64,000 bases of DNA, from positions 1 through 64,000 of the forward strand of contig CAYOWP010000001.1 of the NCBI GenBank assembly GCA_964407715.1. Reading direction: 5' to 3'. The translations under genes were made by a program, and so were the position numbers. Origin of the DNA: an uncultured archaeon (GTDB lineage: Archaea; EX4484-52; JAADEF01). This document shows, piece by piece, positions 60,552 to 64,000 of this stretch. Each line of letters starts with the position of its first letter. Within the stretch, counting starts at the first letter, position 1. Below the pieces are notes generated by a model that was given only the letters and a program-made list of their open reading frames with translations, ran no database searches and was not told the DNA's origin.

Positions 60552-61544
60552 TCAAATATCAAAGGCATCTTCAATCCTCCATCTACTTTTTATTTTTGCT
60601 TTATAAGGATCCCCTTTAAAGCCATGTTTGTAGTAATGATATCCTGCTATCGCGATCATGGCACCGTTATCACCAAGATACTCATCTTGAAGTTTGTACC
60701 ACTTTGCACCTCTTTCTTTTGCCATGATCCTTATCATTTCCTGTAATCTGCTATTCATTCCAACCCCACCAACCACACATACCTCATCCTTTTTTGCATA
60801 TGCCAATGCTCTTTCCACTGTTTCTGTGAGCATCGCAAAAGCATGTTCTTGAAATGAATATGCTATATCTTCTTTCTTATGTCCTTTTTTTAACATATTT
60901 ATAGCATATGTTAATATTCCTGAAAATGCCACATCCATTCCCTTAACTGTATATGGCATGCGAATATAATTTCCTTGTTTTGCTAAATTCTCTATTATTT
61001 TTCCACCAGGAAAACCATATCCTATCTCCCTTGCTAATTTATCTATTGCATTCCCTATAGCAATGTCCTCTGTTTCTCCATAAACAATAAATCTTGTGTT
61101 ATTCTCTAAGGATATTATTTGTGTATTTCCTCCAGATACATAAAGATAGATAGCATCATTTATGTTGCAAAGATATTTTGCTATTAATATGTGTGCTGCT
61201 CCATGGTGCACGGGTATCACAGGCAAATTATATTTTTTACCTATTGCCTTTGAAAAGATTGATGCTATTTGCAAACCACTCCCAAATCCTGGGCCATGAG
61301 AGTATGAGAGCATATCAATATCCTTTATTGATATGCCTGCTTTTTTCAAAGCTAACAGCGTTAAAGGTTTGATTTTACTTGCATGGTGCTCAGCTATTTG
61401 AGTTGGTATGAGCCCAGTTTGAGATGTTTTAACCACATCCTTCTCATTAGATAATATATTTACCTTTTTTTTCTTTATTTCTACTATTCCAACACCTATT
61501 GTATGGGCCGTGCTCTCTATACCAAGAATTCTCATATTTTTCAT
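60552..61544 (-). CDS. kae1: t6A tRNA threonylcarbamoyltransferase Kae1
   Basis: LGIESTAHT, GPG, HHGAAH, YVSGGNTQ and DNGAMIA. Confidence 0.95.
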   Translation of the reverse strand: MKNMRILGIESTAHTIGVGIVEIKKKKVNILSNEKDVVKTSQTGLIPTQIAEHHASKIKPLTLLALKKAGISIKDIDMLSYSHGPGFGSGLQIASIFSKAIGKKYNLPVIPVHHGAAHILIAKYLCNINDAIYLYVSGGNTQIISLENNTRFIVYGETEDIAIGNAIDKLAREIGYGFPGGKIIENLAKQGNYIRMPYTVKGMDVAFSGILTYAINMLKKGHKKEDIAYSFQEHAFAMLTETVERALAYAKKDEVCVVGGVGMNSRLQEMIRIMAKERGAKWYKLQDEYLGDNGAMIAIAGYHYYKHGFKGDPYKAKIKSRWRIEDAFDI

Positions 61545-61592
61545 TATATTGTAGAAATAATTTTTTAAAACTATAATGATGTACCTTCTTTT

Positions 61593-62198
61593 ATGAAAGT
61601 GCTCTTTAGTTCTGATTTACATCTACGCAAGGAATTGGCAGAAGAGACTATTAAAATAGCATTAAGAGAGGATGTAGAGGTAGTGGTTAATACAGGTGAT
61701 TTTTTGTCATCTGATTTCGCAAATTATTTTGCTAAGTTAATTCATGATAGCGGAATGATTGGCTATTTTGTAGAAGGCAATTGGGATAATAACATTGAGA
61801 TAAAGTTTGATAGCGTAAAAGTATTAAGATATACTTGTGAGAAATACAAAAGGTTCTATTTCTTTGGAGTTTATGAAAAAGTATTGTTATCTTATGAGGA
61901 TTTGCTTGAGATTACTAAGCATATTAACAATAACAAACTAATCTTTCTAACCCATGAGCCACCATATGGTATTTTGGATATCATATGGAGTGGTAAGAGC
62001 ATAGGTAACGAGATATATCTGAAATTTGATATCATAAAACAACCAAAGATACATGCATTTGGTCATGTGCATGAAGGGAATGGATATCTTAAAAAGGAAA
62101 ATACGCTTTTTATAAATGCTGCCATGAATGATATTCCTTTTTGTTATGTTGTTGATTTAAAAAATGATGAGATAAAAAGGATAAAGGCAAAGCATTGA
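61593..62198 (+). CDS. Calcineurin-like metallophosphoesterase
   Basis: SDLH, TGDF, GNWD, THEPP and GHVHE. Confidence 0.9.
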   Translation: MKVLFSSDLHLRKELAEETIKIALREDVEVVVNTGDFLSSDFANYFAKLIHDSGMIGYFVEGNWDNNIEIKFDSVKVLRYTCEKYKRFYFFGVYEKVLLSYEDLLEITKHINNNKLIFLTHEPPYGILDIIWSGKSIGNEIYLKFDIIKQPKIHAFGHVHEGNGYLKKENTLFINAAMNDIPFCYVVDLKNDEIKRIKAKH

Positions 62199-62213
62199 GA
62201 TAAAACTTTCATT

Positions 62214-62837
62214 TTAGATTCTATAAATATGCACATACATGATATCTTTTATCTTTTTTACATTCTCTTTGTTAATTTTGCCAGATGATATGAGATCTTT
62301 AACAATATTGTTACCCACAATGTTTGCAGTATAGCAACTCTCAATAGCTTTTATTACTTCTCTAAATGTGCTTTCTTTTCCTTTATAAAAAGGAGAGGTT
62401 AAATCCAATACTTTGTTTTCTTCTTCATAATATTTTCCTAAGATTTCTTTATCCACCACTCCTACAATATCTCCCTTATGGGATTCGTGAACCGCTAAAA
62501 TATATTTTTTGTTTAATGATTTCTTTAAGACATTCAAGCATAGTGTTGCACATCCCATGGAAGAAGGAGAAATCTCTGTTCCAATAAGCTTTTTTATTGT
62601 TTCTTCATCAATCTTTTTTATTTCCTCTAAGGATTTTCCTTTTATATAATCAATCAATAAAGAAGCGCTTACCTGACTTATTACACATCCTTTTCCATCA
62701 AAACATGCATCCACAACAGTATCATTATGCACATCCAAAAATATCTCAACCTCATCCCCACACAGATTGTTAGTATCTTTTGCGTGATAATCCCATATTT
62801 CTTTTCGTCTTTTATTTTTCTTTATTAACTCTTCCAT
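62214..62837 (-). CDS. SufU/IscU-like scaffold fused to a DUF424-like domain
   Basis: NNLCGD, GCVISQVSAS and GCATL, followed by VVDKEILGK...FYKG...ANIVGN. Confidence 0.75.
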   Translation of the reverse strand: MEELIKKNKRRKEIWDYHAKDTNNLCGDEVEIFLDVHNDTVVDACFDGKGCVISQVSASLLIDYIKGKSLEEIKKIDEETIKKLIGTEISPSSMGCATLCLNVLKKSLNKKYILAVHESHKGDIVGVVDKEILGKYYEEENKVLDLTSPFYKGKESTFREVIKAIESCYTANIVGNNIVKDLISSGKINKENVKKIKDIMYVHIYRI

Positions 62838-62935
62838 TTAAACACCTCTGATATTTATCTTGGAAGTACTATTTTCAAAAATTTTTTAAAATCAAAAATT
62901 TTTAATTTTTATTAAAAACTAAAAAGGGAATCTAT

Positions 62936-63439
62936 ATGGAGGAAAAAGAATTAGGTTTAAAAGTTTTATCCTTATTAGAAAAAATTGCTAAGCAATGGGG
63001 CTTAGGAAAACCTGTTGGTAGGGTATGGGGTTTTTTGGTATTTGAATCAAAACCTGTAACTCAAAAGAGAATAGAGGAATGTGTAGGATATAGTAGAGGT
63101 TTGGTTAGTATATGCTTGAAGAAGTTGAGAGAAGTAGGGCTAATCAATGTAAAAAAAGAAGGTAAGGAAATGCTATATGAAGCAAATACATCTTTAATTG
63201 ATGGATTTGAAAAGGTAGTGATGTATTTTCTTGAAAATGAGATTAAACCTTTAATTAAGTATCTCTCTGATAACATAGATAAGATAAAAGATCCTGCATT
63301 AAAATCCAGAGCAAGTAATGCGATTCAGGAGTATGAAAAATTAAAGATAGGAATCATGATTTTCTCGCGTAAAATGAAAAAGGTTTCTTCGTTTAGTGTT
63401 GAAACCTTAAAAGACATAGCCAAACTTCATGATCAATAA
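62936..63439 (+). CDS. GbsR/MarR-family HTH regulator
   Basis: WGLGKPVGRVWG...GYSRGLVSICLKKL. Confidence 0.85.
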   Translation: MEEKELGLKVLSLLEKIAKQWGLGKPVGRVWGFLVFESKPVTQKRIEECVGYSRGLVSICLKKLREVGLINVKKEGKEMLYEANTSLIDGFEKVVMYFLENEIKPLIKYLSDNIDKIKDPALKSRASNAIQEYEKLKIGIMIFSRKMKKVSSFSVETLKDIAKLHDQ

Positions 63440-63454
63440 AAGGAGGTGTTAAGG

Positions 63455-64000
63455 ATGAGGGAAAGTAAAGAAATGTTGCTCAAGGGAATGGTGGTGCTAA
63501 TAATAGCAGTGGCATTTTTTGGGTGTCTTTCCATGCATACAGCATATGCTGATACTGAAGATTATGGAGATGCTGATATAATTGTCGAGGACATATATCC
63601 TAATATCATATATCCTGGAGATATGTTTGATATCTATTTTAGGATCATCAATGAGGGCACGGATGACATTACTTTAAAAGATGTGAACATTACTCTTCCT
63701 GCAGGATTTGAGGTAATCTCCAAGGATCCGCTGGATGTTTCAAGGGTTTTGTGTGGTAAATGTTCATTACAAATGCATTACTCTCTTAAGACCTTGCCTT
63801 CAATAGATGTTGGCAAGCATACCATTGAATTTAATATCATCACAAAGGATTATACTTTAAAGAAGGAATATCTCATTGAGATACAAGGCGATGAAGACAT
63901 TTTTGTGAGTGTGTTATCTGCAAAAGGAAAAATTAATGGAGATGGAGAGATAGAGTTGGTTTTGTCTAACATAGGAGATGTTGATTTAAAGGATATTAAA
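63455..64000 (+). CDS. Secreted S-layer-domain (COG1361-like) protein, partial
   Basis: SD AGGAGGTG, signal peptide and P..IYPGD.F.I.F.I.N.G Ig-like start; runs off the window end. Confidence 0.7.
   Translation, partial: MRESKEMLLKGMVVLIIAVAFFGCLSMHTAYADTEDYGDADIIVEDIYPNIIYPGDMFDIYFRIINEGTDDITLKDVNITLPAGFEVISKDPLDVSRVLCGKCSLQMHYSLKTLPSIDVGKHTIEFNIITKDYTLKKEYLIEIQGDEDIFVSVLSAKGKINGDGEIELVLSNIGDVDLKDIK

Overview
AT-rich archaeal chromosomal segment, most likely from a DPANN-type archaeon. This assignment is an inference from a 16S gene with no linked 23S, compact gene packing and the surface-protein repertoire. The window opens with the 3' end of a 16S rRNA gene. Housekeeping genes include a short SMC, TFB, RNase P subunits, aIF2-gamma, Dys, Kae1, uL16, Hjc and a complete nine-gene A1Ao ATP synthase operon. 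It also carries tRNA-Pro(GGG), a dispersed type IV pilus/adhesion gene set and a decayed restriction-modification islet. The most striking feature is non-coding. One repeat family fills most of the larger intergenic gaps and takes two forms. The first is six short elements bounded by 16-bp terminal inverted repeats (GGCATTGTCCAATAAT). Five of them have 9-bp target-site duplications, and each has an end 24-27 bp from a TATA-like box. The second is tandem arrays of about 26 related ~110-bp nested-palindrome units (TGGTTAAC...GCTAACC-N9-GGTTAGC...GTTAACCA), with a conserved one-base bulge and arms that are shuffled between units. No transposase, integrase or cas gene is present in the window. All product calls come from motif recognition by eye; no database search was run.
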